Of a stretch of 64,000 nt of DNA, positions 37,401-49,400 are shown in pieces; positions within the stretch are counted from its first letter, which is position 1, and each line of letters starts with the position of its first letter. Origin of the DNA: Vicugna vicugna (Eukaryota); assembly GCA_013265495.1 (NCBI GenBank), contig MU058213.1, forward strand, positions 1,612,001 to 1,676,000, given 5' to 3'. The notes below the pieces were generated by a model. That model had not been told where the DNA came from and ran no database searches. It worked only from the letters and a program-made list of their open reading frames with translations. The position numbers and the translations under genes were made by a program.

Positions 37401-40400
37401 ACCCAGTGTCACTTTTTACTATGCTTATTAGAGTCACTGTAACGTCTACTTTTACAAACTCTCTTCCACCCCCAATGCTCCATCTCAAACACACACATTA
37501 TATGTAGGCACATTAGATGCTTAAAGAATTATCATTAACTCACTCAGTTACTGAAAACAAACATTTTTCAATTATCCAGTTTACTATGTATGTATAGACA
37601 TAGGTATAATGAATTTTTCTCTCATTGGACTGGCACAGTGATGACAATATGATTCTTTGTTATAGAAATATTATACAAGAAAGTAGTTAGAATTGAAAAA
37701 AATTGCCATAAGGAAGGACTTCTTCCCTTTAAGTAAGGAATAATGCTATTGGTGATTAGATTTAGATTTTTAATTCCTACATGTATTTGATGTCTGGTTT
37801 AGTAAGATTTCTCTTAAACACATCAGTGTGCTTTTTAAATAAAAAATTGATGAAAGAAATGACTCCCAAATGGAAGAGTCTCTTTACATTTTATTTTTTA
37901 TCATTTGAATAAAGATTGTGTACCAAAAACACAGATGTCAAAGATTATTTGAAACCTGCCAAAAAAAAAAATTACTGGCTATTTGAGACTTTCGTTTCCT
38001 GGATGACTTAGAGAGAGGGCATAAGACCTGGTGGTAAATCTTGGCTTGTTTGATAACTTGATCCTTTATATATTATTCCAGATGTTTACTCATCTGAATT
38101 GTTTTATATAGGGGAGGGACTGAGAGAAAAAGCAGTGATGAAACTAGATGAAATTGTTTAGATAGAAAAAATTCCACTGAAGTGTAATTCCGCTGATAGC
38201 ATTAATTTGGTAAAAGCCTGGTACATGATCTGCTCCTTAACTTATATTGAACAGTCAAAGATAGCTTTTTAAAAAAGGCATTGTCAATTCTAAACTGCAG
38301 TGGTTCCAGTTTTCCACCAATAATAGTACCCTGTATCTTGTGTGCAAAGGCCTGATTGAAGTTTTGACTTCTATTACTCCAGTCGTGGTGGAGTCCCCTG
38401 AGGATGAGTAGGAAATACCGCTAGACCCTAGATAGGTCTGTGCCTGACTTCTGAATTCTGAGCCATTATATCCTTACAGAGGCTGTTGCCACTCAGATTC
38501 TAATAATGTTTGTGTATATCAGTGCTTGTCTTCAATAATACTCAGGCATTACACAGAAACGGCATGTGGAGGTTCACATTAATCATTGCTGGACTGTGCT
38601 AGCAAACATTGGTAATTCATTTATTTTCTTCTCCTTCTTTAATTTCTTCCCACACTCCCTTCCTTCTTTCTTTCCTTCCTCTTTCTGATCCTTTCATCCA
38701 TTATAAGAGGAGATATTCAAAAGATGGTACCTCTTGCCTTCAATCAGCTATTCCACCTATGACTAAAAATAGGTTATTTTCCCTCTTTGTTGCCTTTATT
38801 TTCTCCTCTTTTAAAGCTTCTCTAGAGAGTATAAGGATGGTCAGACGAAGACGAAATGGGAAACTAGAGGAGGAAGGAAATGAGGGAATGCAGATGGTAA
38901 CACAAAGGTTAATTGAGAGGAGTAACAGCCAAATATGAGAAGGGAAAAGTAAATTGAAGTTGTAAAGAAAGAAATAGAAATGATAAATGAGTGAAAGAGT
39001 TCATCCAGTGATTTATGGCAAGACCTCTTAATATCCTGAGACTTTAGTTTGGTTTTCTAAAAAATGAGGATACTGTTCCTTCTTGGCAAAATACCCTTTA
39101 AAGTCTTTGTATTATGGTCAGTCTTTACCAGCAAATCATTAAGTTTCTTTAAAAAAACAGATTTCTACTGAATGACAGTATCAGTTAATTTTCTCTTCCT
39201 ATCAGTTTTAAAGCTGTAACATGTATTGGAAAATACTGATTACTCAAAAATCACCTTGGGCCTTTCTGGCTGATTCTAGATAATACATTTCCTTCTTTTA
39301 CCTCTTAGGATCTAAATTTAATAAGTAAACAGTTCTTAAAATTATGTTCTTTGCTATTTAACTTTAGGATGTATGTGTATGCTGCGAAAGTATATGGAAA
39401 ACCTTTTAAAATTTATTTGACTTTTAGAAAATCATTATGATATTGCTTAAAAAAGTCATTTTATTTCCCTTTATAAGCCAACCCAAAAGGACACGTTTGG
39501 ATCATTCACCCACAGGTCAGCCTTCTGATCTTGTAAATGGACTTCTTTATTTAGTCCTTCTAGTTGTAGCCCAATCCTGTCTCACTAAATTTGCTAAGAG
39601 AATAATTTTTAAAAGTTCTGCAAAGAATCCGTTTTGTGGATCACCTCTAGAGCTTTGCCTCTCCTTCTTATTGTCTTATATTAGGTGAAGAAAGATTTTA
39701 AAAGAGGGATGAGTTATTCTTGTAAGCTGCTTTTCTGTTAATATATTCCATATTCAACCTCTTGGCCTATACATTATTGCATTTTACATTACTTCATTAC
39801 TGTACATTTTGATATTGATTTTGATTAAATCCATTTGGAAGTCAATATTCACAACAGTGAAAACAGAGGCTATGTTCAACTATTATATATAGTACATTTA
39901 TCCTACTCTATGATATCCCTGAATGTGCATTAAAGATCTGGTAGTCTCTTCCACCTCTTTGGTAAATCTCATCATGAGGTGCTTCCAAAGCAAGAAGTCA
40001 TATCCAGCTCATTACTTATTGGGGTATTCTGAGTATGTACAGCTGGAAGATGTTCAGTGTTTATAAAGTTCTAAAACACTCCCCTGCCCCTAAACCGTCA
40101 CTGTCACCAGTCCTGTCACTGTTGGCTGAGTTTCAGCTTATTGTTTACCAAGTGCTGGAAGCACTCTATGTTTATAGAAAGCCCTTTACTGGCTTTGTTG
40201 TTCCTTAGGCAGAGGGAGGCACAGGGAAAGTGACACCTTTGCTATTAGCATCAGTTTCGGGAGGGAAGAGGTACAGGGCCAAAAAGTGCAGCCAGCTGAG
40301 ATCAGTCAGCTGTGATAAAGACAGAGCTCACCAATAGTGAAAGTAGCCAATCAGCTGGAAATAGGCTTCCAAAGCTTTCAAAAAACCATCACCTGCCAGC

Positions 40401-40589
40401 CGAGCAGGGACCACTCACCATCTATTGTTGCTGAAAGAACAAAGATCAAGTGCTTGCAAGTGTTCTTTAAAAGCTACAAATGATAACCATCCACCTAGCT
40501 TCCTGTTTCTGGTTCTGCACCTGACCATTCTATCTATAATAGATAATTGTATGAGCAATAATTTCTCAAATGTGGAAAACAAATATCCC

Positions 40590-40767
40590 TTCTAAAGATA
40601 AAATCCTATCCTTATTTAAAAATTTGACGTCTGATTCATCATGGAATTTTGCCCTAATTTTGATTCTTAAAAATATTGTGTATCTTGATTATGACTTTTT
40701 TTGGTGCCCTCTTAAATTTTGCACTTGAGGTGAGTGCCTCACTCACCTTCCCTTAGTACTGGTCCTG
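40590..40767 (+). mobile_element. MER96B-type hAT element 3' part
   Basis: ccttatttaaaaatttgac...ggtgccctcttaaattttgcacttgaggtgagtgcctcactcaccttcccttagtactggtcctg. Confidence 0.72.
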
Positions 40768-40774
40768 TTTATTA

Positions 40775-40950
40775 AACATCACCACGTTCTCACAGCATCA
40801 CAGCAAGACAGACATTTTAGCCATATACAGAAGGTAAACTGAAGCTGATGAAGGTTAAATGTCATGTCTGAAGATATTCAGAAATGTCATGGCAGAAATG
40901 GGTCTGGAACTCTGGTTTTCTGAATCCTGTCCTGGTATTCTTTCCATTTT
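40775..40950 (-). mobile_element. MIR SINE (degenerate)
   Basis: ccatatacagaaggtaaactgaagctgatgaaggttaaatgtcatgtctgaag...ggcagaaatgggtctggaactc. Confidence 0.6.
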
Positions 40951-41009
40951 GGAAATTCTAGGCCATTACAGTTGCACAAAAATTAATCCTAGCCAGTTTT
41001 ACAATTAGC

Positions 41010-41215
41010 ATACATGTAACACTTTACATATAAAGCACATGTTCACACTTAATCCTCATGACAAGTCTAGATATAAGTATCATAATGTTCCCTGTTTATA
41101 AAAATAGAATTTGAGGGCCAAAAAAATTAAATAACTTGATGAGGATCCCACAGAATATAAATGGTAGAATATAAATACAAACCCATGTTTTCTGAGCCTG
41201 AATCTTATGCCCTTT
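41010..41215 (-). mobile_element. MIR SINE
   Basis: cacttaatcctcatgacaagtctagatataagtatcataatgttccctgtttataaaaatagaatttgagggcc. Confidence 0.65.
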
Positions 41216-41239
41216 TAAACTGAGCAGGGAAAGATTTTT

Positions 41240-41790
41240 TAAAAACAAAACACAAATGATATTAAATAAAAAATAAATATTTATAAATTTGACCATAGTA
41301 AAATCAACATCTTAGTAAAGTGAATCTTAAACAGAGTAAAAGACTAGTTACAAATGGGGAGAAGATATTTTCAGTGTATCTAACAGACAAGAGACTGGTA
41401 TGAAGAATATGTAAAGGAACTTACAAATTAATACACAAAATGAATAATAGAAAAATTGATAAGGTGTAAATAAGCACGTGAAGAGAAATTCAACATCATA
41501 CATCATCAGGGAAATGAAAATTAAACCCATAATGAGATACCATTTTATACTTATTTAGTTTGTAAAGTAATAACATGCCTAAACATACGAAGTGTTGGAA
41601 AGGAAATGGATGTACGGGAATGCTCATACAGTGCTGGTGAAAGGAAAATATAGTACAACCACTTTGGGCAATGGTTTGGCATTGTCTCCTGAAGTTGATC
41701 TATGTATACCCTATAATCCAGAATTTTCACTTCTGGGTATATACCCAGGATAAACTCTTTTACTTGAATAATAGGAGTCATGTACACAAA
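41240..41790 (+). mobile_element. L1ME/L1MC ORF2 3' region remnant (non-coding)
   Basis: gggagaagatattttcag...catcagggaaatgaaaattaaacccataatgagataccattttatac...ctcatacagtgctggtg...tagtacaaccactttgg...ttcacttctgggtatataccc. Confidence 0.82.
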
Positions 41791-41939
41791 TTATATTAAA
41801 ATATACATATATATAATATATGTAATATACCCACACAAACACACACAGAATTCAGAGTTTAGGGGAATTATTTACTATTTTATTCAAGAATTATTTATCA
41901 ACATCTACTATACTTGAATATATTATTATCCTACTATAT

Positions 41940-42480
41940 TGAATTGTTTATCAAGCATCTACTATAAATTAGGTTTTGTTAAGTCTTTTTAAATTATAAA
42001 AATAAACGGAATACAAATTACGTCAGAATGAATATACAATATAGCCAGAGACATACAAATGATATTTTCAGTGCAATATCGTGGTTTTACAAAATTACAA
42101 GCAGTGATTTGAAAGCCCGAAAGAGGGAGGAACTAATTCTAGAAGAGATAACTTTTGAGTAAGGATTTGAATCAAGAAGAGGAGAAATATATGGGACCAA
42201 TGACCTTTACATTCCATTGCAAAGGAAGGATTTGAACTTGATCTGGAAATCTGGCCTAGGTAGTCCTCTTCTGGGATAGCAGGAAGAGGAACAGGATAGA
42301 CTGGGATCATTGACAGACACTTGAATGGAAAGAAGCCAGAAGTAAGCAAGTAGTGAGTGGATGGGTTACATTCAACAAAGCCACAGGCCTTGAATGAGGA
42401 CTCATGACTTGATGTGATAGAGAGGACAGCATTTTAGGTTTTCAAACAAAGGGCATAACATAAGGGAGGTCTGTTTTCAG
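41940..42480 (-). mobile_element. L2 LINE fragment (degenerate)
   Basis: tttatcaagcatctactata...cttttgagtaaggatttgaa...ggttttcaaacaaagggcataacataa. Confidence 0.45.
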
Positions 42481-43879
42481 GACTTTGCTGATAAGTGGCT
42501 TCCCTCAGGAGATCTTCCTGCTCTGGAGGTTGGCTGAGCCAAATAAATGGGAGTCAATCAACATACATTTTGCTTGTCTACAAGCGGAAGAGTGGTGATT
42601 GCTGTCTCAAATCAAAGCCATGCCTGGCTTTCTCTACCTTGTACGCTTAGTTTGGAGAAAGGTTAGCTCAGGTTACAGAGGGAAGAACTGGGTGGAAGAA
42701 AGAACATCAGAGTTTCAGGTTTCAGAAAGGAAAAAGAGAGGCATTGAACCCTCAAGAACAACAGTCTATAAAATAGAGCAGACGAAGGAGAGGTAGAGGA
42801 GAACAAAGGTCATCACCATGGGAAGTAGCTGCATAATAATGATTATAACACTCAATTAATACCCTACACTTGCAGAACACTATTGGCACTTTATCATTAA
42901 AAAATGATTTCACACTTGCGGGTCAATTTCACAGATGCTGAACCTGATTTTGATCTGATAGCTGGAATGAAAATAGAAAGAAGATTGAGCAGGCAATTGG
43001 TGGAGGACTTTCTTTGAGAAGACAAAGGCAGCTTGGTGATTAATTATGAAAGCAAGGAGTTGAGGAGGTGCCCCAAATTACTAAGAATTAAACTAGGGCC
43101 ATGTAATTTATTGAGATGTTCCTTTATTTCATTAAGGAAAGACCTAGGTAGGTCAGAGGACACTGATCCTAGAGCCAAGAAATTTTAGCATCAGAAAAAA
43201 CCTTTGATCATCTCTTTCAAATCCCTCTTCTGGGCCTGTAGTACATTATGTCTCTTTTTACAGTTGTGTTTCTGCTTATTCATAGCAAATATAAGCATTG
43301 CATTTGCCTTTTAATTCCTTGGAGTATTTTACAAACCTGGGTAATGCAGTCCTGCTTAAAATTGACAGTTATAGATGGTTTCATCTTTAGTCCATGTCTT
43401 CCATGACCTCAATTACTGCATTAAAATATTGTTAGCAAATTAAGATTCAAATAGCATTTATTATACAAGATCAAGTTCACTTTACAAGTAATTTACATAT
43501 TGTCACAATGACTCTGTGCCAGTTGCTTACAATTTTGACATTGTTTGTGGGAGAGCGGCCAGCACTAATGCACAGGATTGCGATGTAATTTATTATGAGA
43601 CTCTCTCTGCTGTGGGATATTTAGGGAAATAGTGCAACATAACAGAAGTCAGTGCACATAAGCAGTGTGGCTCTTTGGATGATCTTATTTAGGATATGTC
43701 AATGCAGTAACGGCTCTACCTGTTTGACTTCCGGAGCAGAAGGAGTCCAATACCAAGATAAGTTCAGGGATACAAGAAGTAAGAGATGTGGATTTCCAGG
43801 TGGTAATTTGAACCATTCTCATAAATCATCTTTTATCTGTGTCCATCTTTCTTAATTTTGTCTCCCTCTGCAATGCTTC

Positions 43880-44124
43880 AGATAGTGTAGTGGTTAAGAG
43901 CAAAGCTGTTGAGCAGGATTGCCTGGGTTCAAATCCTGACTCTGCTACATTTTAGCTGTGTGACCCTGGGCACCTCATTTAAACATTCTGTGCCTCAGCT
44001 TCCTCATATATCAAATGAGACTAGTCAGACTACTTATCTCATAGTTTGTTGTGAGGATTAAATGAGTTAATGGAACAGTGCTTCACTTACAGTAAGCACT
44101 ACAAATGCATTGGCTATTCATTAT
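43880..44124 (+). mobile_element. MIR SINE, near full length and well preserved
   Basis: atagtgtagtggttaagagc...gattgcctgggttcaaatcctgactctgctac...tagctgtgtgaccctgggc...tgtgcctcagcttcctcat...gttgtgaggattaaatgagttaat. Confidence 0.92.
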
Positions 44125-44692
44125 TAGTCTCTCTGTTATGTATTTCTATATCTCCTTTTACCTTTTTCTTTCTATTATAACACTAATGCTGGATAAGTTT
44201 TTTTTTTCCTTGACATTCACGCCAACTTCCCTAATTTTAAGTTCCTCCAAGGCAGAATTGCGCATGCTTCTCTTTGACTTAAACCCAGTGTATATGTTGG
44301 TTATAAAGGTGCACAATATTGGGGAGATGAGTGCACGTTTAGTATATATAATTTCCAAAGTGGTTCATTCTTTTCAAACAGAACAATCAAATGAGACCTT
44401 TTGAAAAGCACAGAATGCAGGTGGTTATGGGTCTTGAGGATTCCTGTCTTTTGCCCTCTACCATGTTATTGCCTCCCAGCCCATCCAGTGGTTGCTCAGG
44501 GTTTCTCCATTGGGAACCACTGGCAAATATGAAGTGATTTAAGTCTTTCCCCATGTAGGGATGACAAGTGAGAGTCCTCCGTTCCTATATGTCCAAGCCC
44601 CAGGAAGCCCTCAGAGCTATCCACACTCAAGAATCCATAAATATTTTTTTCTTCCTGTCATCATTCTCATAGCAGAAGCAACTTCTCAAAAG

Positions 44693-44880
44693 CAGTGGTT
44701 CTCTAAGTGTGGTTGGGGGATCAGCATCATCAGCAGCATCTGAGAACTTCTTAGAAATGCAGGTTCTCAGCCTCACTCCAGACCTAGGGAATGGGAAGCT
44801 CTGGTGGTGGATCCCAGTGATCTGTGTTTTAAAAAGGTCTCCGGGGTATTCTGTTGCATGTTAAAATTTGAGAAACACTG
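44693..44880 (+). mobile_element. MER5A hAT-Charlie MITE
   Basis: TIRs cagtggttctctaa / tttgagaaacactg; internal cagcatcatcagcagcatctgagaacttcttagaaatgcaggttctcagcc; flanks ctcaaaag/ctgaaaaa (6/8). Confidence 0.9.
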
Positions 44881-44984
44881 CTGAAAAAGGTCATGGTTCT
44901 CTAGCAGTACATCATTAATAGCAATAACCACTCCAGAAAGAGTGAAGAAAGGCTTAGGCAGCCATCAAGGCCAATTAAAAGCAA

Positions 44985-45205
44985 CCGCAACAAAGCATTA
45001 CAGAGTGGTTGGTCTGTGCCAGGCATGATGGTACTATAGATGTATTAACATATTTACCACAGTCTGTTAAAAAGATGATATTAACCCAGTGTTGTCAGAG
45101 GAGGAAATTGAGGCACAAACCTTTATCCAAGTACACTGAGCAGGTAAGTTACAGAGCTAGAAATTAAACTCTGGTCTGGCTGATCCCCAGCTCATGCTTC
45201 TTCCA
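44985..45205 (-). mobile_element. MIR SINE
   Basis: ctgtgccaggcatgatgg...cagaggaggaaattgaggcac...ccaagtacactgagcaggtaagttacagagctag. Confidence 0.7.
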
Positions 45206-46099
45206 CAATTCCATTTGGCTGCCTAATCCTTTAAAATTGAACATCTTTATTCTTTGTGCTTACTTTAAATGATTACTATTTCAGGTAAGTATTGTTTCTG
45301 TTTTTCAGAGGGCCATATATTTGTGTGTATCTGTATGTGAGTATTATAGCTAATTTCTTACCTCAATAATGCAGGTTAGCTATTCCATTTCAGCAAACAT
45401 TTGTTGAGGACCTACTGTGTGCCGGGTGTTGTAAAACTATATGTAGAAGTGCTCATGCTAGTATCTTGACCTGAAAATGATCACTAAAAAAACTGGCTGA
45501 GATCCAAAATTATATGGAGAATAATAGGTTAAAATATCCCAGATATTTAATGTAGATAGATCTTAAACATGTAAGATTTATGATACGAAGATAATGAGAA
45601 ACTTCTCAATAAGTAATCATAGTAGTCAATGTTGAGATCAATCAATATTGCTGATTAATTTTCATATTAGCTAGTCTAAGTCACAGTCTGAGGCAAGGGA
45701 CAATGAGTAGCAAGTTTAGGGTATAGCATTTCATCTACATGTTTATAACACTATTTATTCTCTCCACAGCATTTATTAAGGTTTGCTTTACAAGGTGCTG
45801 CATGTGTTAAGAAAGAACTAGAAAAATAGTCCCTGCTCTCTAGGAACTAGCAAGGGACTTTGTTCTTTGACTTGCCTTGCTGTTAGTAAGATCGATCATT
45901 TGTTTTAAAATAAAATGTTCCACTCTGCTTAAGGCTGTTTGCAATCATCCTCATATAAAAATGGACTGATTTCTCACCAGCATCTCTGAATTTTATTTAA
46001 TATCTGAGGATCCTAGCACAGCCAACCCTTTTTAATAAAAAATCAGATCTGTAATCAAAGCATAAAGCCTTCACTAATGTAAACATGCTTGACTTTAAT

Positions 46100-46735
46100 T
46101 TATTCTGTAAGTTGATGAGTGCTATGGGATACAAAGATGAAAAAGAGAGTCCTGCCACTCAAAGAAGTCACAGTCAGGCATGCAAACAAGTTATTGCAGT
46201 GAAAATATATGTGCAAATAATTAGTGGTCATCAAGAACAGAGGCATATATCTTTGTGGTGAATTGCTTGAATTGCTTCATGGAAGCAGTAATAATTGAGG
46301 AGAGTCTTGAATTGTGATTAAACAGACATTTTTTGGGTAGAAAATAAGAGGAAGGAATTCTAAGCATAGGGAACAACATTTATAAAGATGTGGATACCTG
46401 AACCACCATGACATACAAAGGAAACCATGGTTAGATTTTGGGTGTATTTAAGGGGAAGAGAAATGAATTTGGGGAAAGAAAAGTTTTAAATGCCATTTTC
46501 AGGAACTTAGAGCTCATTTGATGGGCAATGAGGACTCCACTGCAGGATGTTAAACAAGGCCGATGATCCTTAAGCAAGAGAATTAGAAGTTCAGATCTTT
46601 GCATTGAAAAGTTCTGTATGGTTGCAATGTGGAGAATGATTAGAACTTATTATAGAGTTAGAATTAATATTGAGGAGTAGACAAAGAAAGACTTGAGAGA
46701 ACACTTGGCAAGACTTGGTAATTGGATATGTCAGG
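46100..46735 (-). mobile_element. L2 LINE fragment
   Basis: gggatacaaagatgaaaaagagagtcctgccactcaaagaagtcacagtc...ggaattctaagcatagggaacaacat...tgggcaatgaggactccactg...agacttggtaattggatatg. Confidence 0.7.
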
Positions 46736-47854
46736 TAAAGAGTAATCAGCCCCAAATGTACAAATTGACTCTACTTTTTTCATATTAGTTAGTCTGTGTT
46801 TGACTGTTACCTGTTAGAAATTGATACTGTTTGCACTAATTCTGAGTGCAAACACAAAGACTGTCCTTTCGAAGCAAGAACTTCCAAAGACCATTGCTTA
46901 TTTTCGGGCCCAACTTTCTATAAGTTTTGAAGAGTCTGTTTACAACTTAGACTTTGAGGCTGAGTCTATAGTATTGTCTGGAGCCACCAGTTCCACATTG
47001 ATCATGAAGCAAGAAATCAGGCACCAAATGATTAATCTAATAACTGCAGGCTTTCTGCTCATATACCCAGCTACTGCCAGGGTGGAGGCAGAAAAAACTG
47101 ATACACACCCAAATCAACTCAGTTTTTGATGGCATCTGGATGTGGCCTTGGACTCCCAATCATCCCTGATCACACCCTACCTACCCCCAATTATAAGTCT
47201 TCTCCTCCTCTAATCTCCTGAAACTCTCTACTGCTAAATCTCTTGTCATTTCTACCACAACTGTGTGTATGCCTAGACTGTAAACTCCAGGAAGGCATGA
47301 TCTTTGTTACACTAATTTTTTGTTAATCTCATTATCTTATATAGGATGTAGAACATACTTATGATGGCTCAAATTTTCATTACCACACTTTTGCAGTCTT
47401 TCTTCTCATAGATATGATACTTACTGCCTGCCCCACAGCCTCATCTCCACCATAATGGTGAGAACATGTAACCTAAGAGTTATGGCTATGCCAACAAACT
47501 GACTGGTTCAGTAATGAGGCCACTGGGGATAGGTCAGTGCAATAAGCAGAGGTAAGAAAACACAGCTGGTTTATTCTTTGTGCCTCCAAAACATATTTTT
47601 AGTAAATGCATCATCTTTTTCCAAAATATAATAATGACATAGCAAAATATAAAGCAAGATATTTTCAGCACAATAAAGAGATGGTTAATACCTTCAGGAA
47701 GAGTACAAGGTTATACATGCCCTCCAGAGGATCTCTGACCTAACACGGTTTAATTTTCAACTCCTTTTGAAACATATTAGGTTCTATATCAATAATTTTT
47801 CATGAGCACTACAGAATATAAATTATGTGTATGTTACCAAAGCAAGAGAAATAC

Positions 47855-48005
47855 TGAAATAGGAATTTGGAAGCCTTTGTCACAGCCCATTCCCACACTG
47901 ACTAGCTGGATGTTCTTCTGAAAATGATTTCCCTTTTCTGGGCCTCAGTTTCTTTGTTGACTGGGTTAGATCAGATCAGATGATTTTAATATTTTCCAGC
48001 TCATT
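47855..48005 (+). mobile_element. MIR3-type SINE fragment
   Basis: cactgactagctggatg...ttcccttttctgggcctcagtttctttg...gggttagatcagat. Confidence 0.6.
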
Positions 48006-48869
48006 CTCAATGACTCTACGATACTGTGGAAAATAGTCTGCAGATCTCCTATGGAGCACTGTCCCTGGTTGGATAATTTAAAAGATCTTGAAAAAAATCT
48101 TTCTAATGATTTCCTTAAATCATAAATTTTATAATTTTGAATGAGCGATAAGCCTATGAATTTTATCAACTAACATGAGTAAACAGGAAAAAAAGGACTG
48201 AAGACACCTACTAACATTCTGAGACATTTTTGTTCAGCTCAGTTGTCCCACAATGGGTCATGTTTCTTCTTAGGAAAGTAGTATAATATATACCCCAGGA
48301 CTGGTCTTGCATGTGGAAAATAGGCAGTTTTCTGAATCAAGTGAAAGTTTTTTTTGAGAAAAGGCAGAAAAATCAGTTATATATAGAGGGATGTGATTGG
48401 AAGGAGTGATCCTCAGCTTCTGAGATTTCTTCCCAGTTTGGGGAGCAAACATAAGTCCAGGTTGGTTTGATGTTCTTGATATTAAGAAAGTGTTTCTTGT
48501 ACATTTTCATTTTATTCTACATTACATGAATAAATGAAATGAAAATGAGTTAGAAAGCTCATTAGAAGTTGGATGTTGATAAATAGCATGCTAAAAACAT
48601 GGTTCAGGTCCTCAGATCATTCATCATCTAGACAAGATAAAATAGACTAAGAAACAAACAAGATTGTAAGCACATCCAAACTGCAAATACTTCAAGGTTT
48701 AAATATACTTGAAGTCAACATCATAAAATAGTATCCTACTGCAAAGCAAGAAATAAGAAGCACCACTGACAGTGAAATATTTTCCTTTTCTTATTCAAAT
48801 GATTGATTCTGTTTTTGGATTCCATAGTTAGAACTTTTTGAAAGGAAGATCAAGAAGTACAAAAGAGAT

Positions 48870-49026
48870 GTTAGGGTAATAGACTGGGAAAAGCCCAAGG
48901 CCCAGAATTAAGAGACCTGGGCGTTCTAATTCTAGCTCTACCACTAACTGAGTAGGATTGAGAAGTCCATATCCCTTCTTTGGACCTCAGTTTCCTTATC
49001 TATAAGGTGAGGAAATTGGGCTTGAC
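48870..49026 (+). mobile_element. MIR SINE
   Basis: agagacctgggcgttctaattctagctctaccactaactg...ggacctcagtttccttatctataaggtgagg. Confidence 0.75.
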
Positions 49027-49114
49027 CAGTGTTTCTGCATCTTGAGAATTTATAGACCTCTTCGAAATTTCCATAGACCCCAGGGGCCTATGGACCCCAG
49101 TTTGAAGAACATTG
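49027..49114. mobile_element. Small hAT-Charlie-type MITE (88 bp)
   Basis: Termini cagtgtttctgca / tggaccccagtttgaagaacattg resemble Charlie/MER5-class TIRs. Confidence 0.5.
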
Positions 49115-49249
49115 CCTCAAAGTTAAACTCAATTTTTTGACACAGTGTGATTATAAATACAAGCCCAAATGCTGGTGCTAAAACCCTGGGACTGCTCTTC
49201 ATTATATGGTGGTTATCAAATTGACTCAAAATTTGCCTACCTTAATTAT

Positions 49250-49400
49250 TCCACTGAATAAACAAGTACTTTGTTCTGAAACTGTCCTAGGCATTTGGGA
49301 TATATCTAAGAATGTGACAGACAAGATCATTGCTCTCATGGAGTTTATATTCTAGAAGGGAGAAACAGATTATAAATAATAAAGCCATAATAAATAAGGA
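49250..49400 (-). mobile_element. L2 3' end
   Basis: actgtcctaggcatttgggatatatctaagaatgtgacagacaagatcattgctctcatggagtttatattctagaagggag. Confidence 0.75.

Noticed and set aside
41887..41966. Short imperfect tandem repeats (gaattatttatcaacatctactata)
   Set aside because: Ordinary slippage duplication at a degenerate L2 tail in AT-rich DNA
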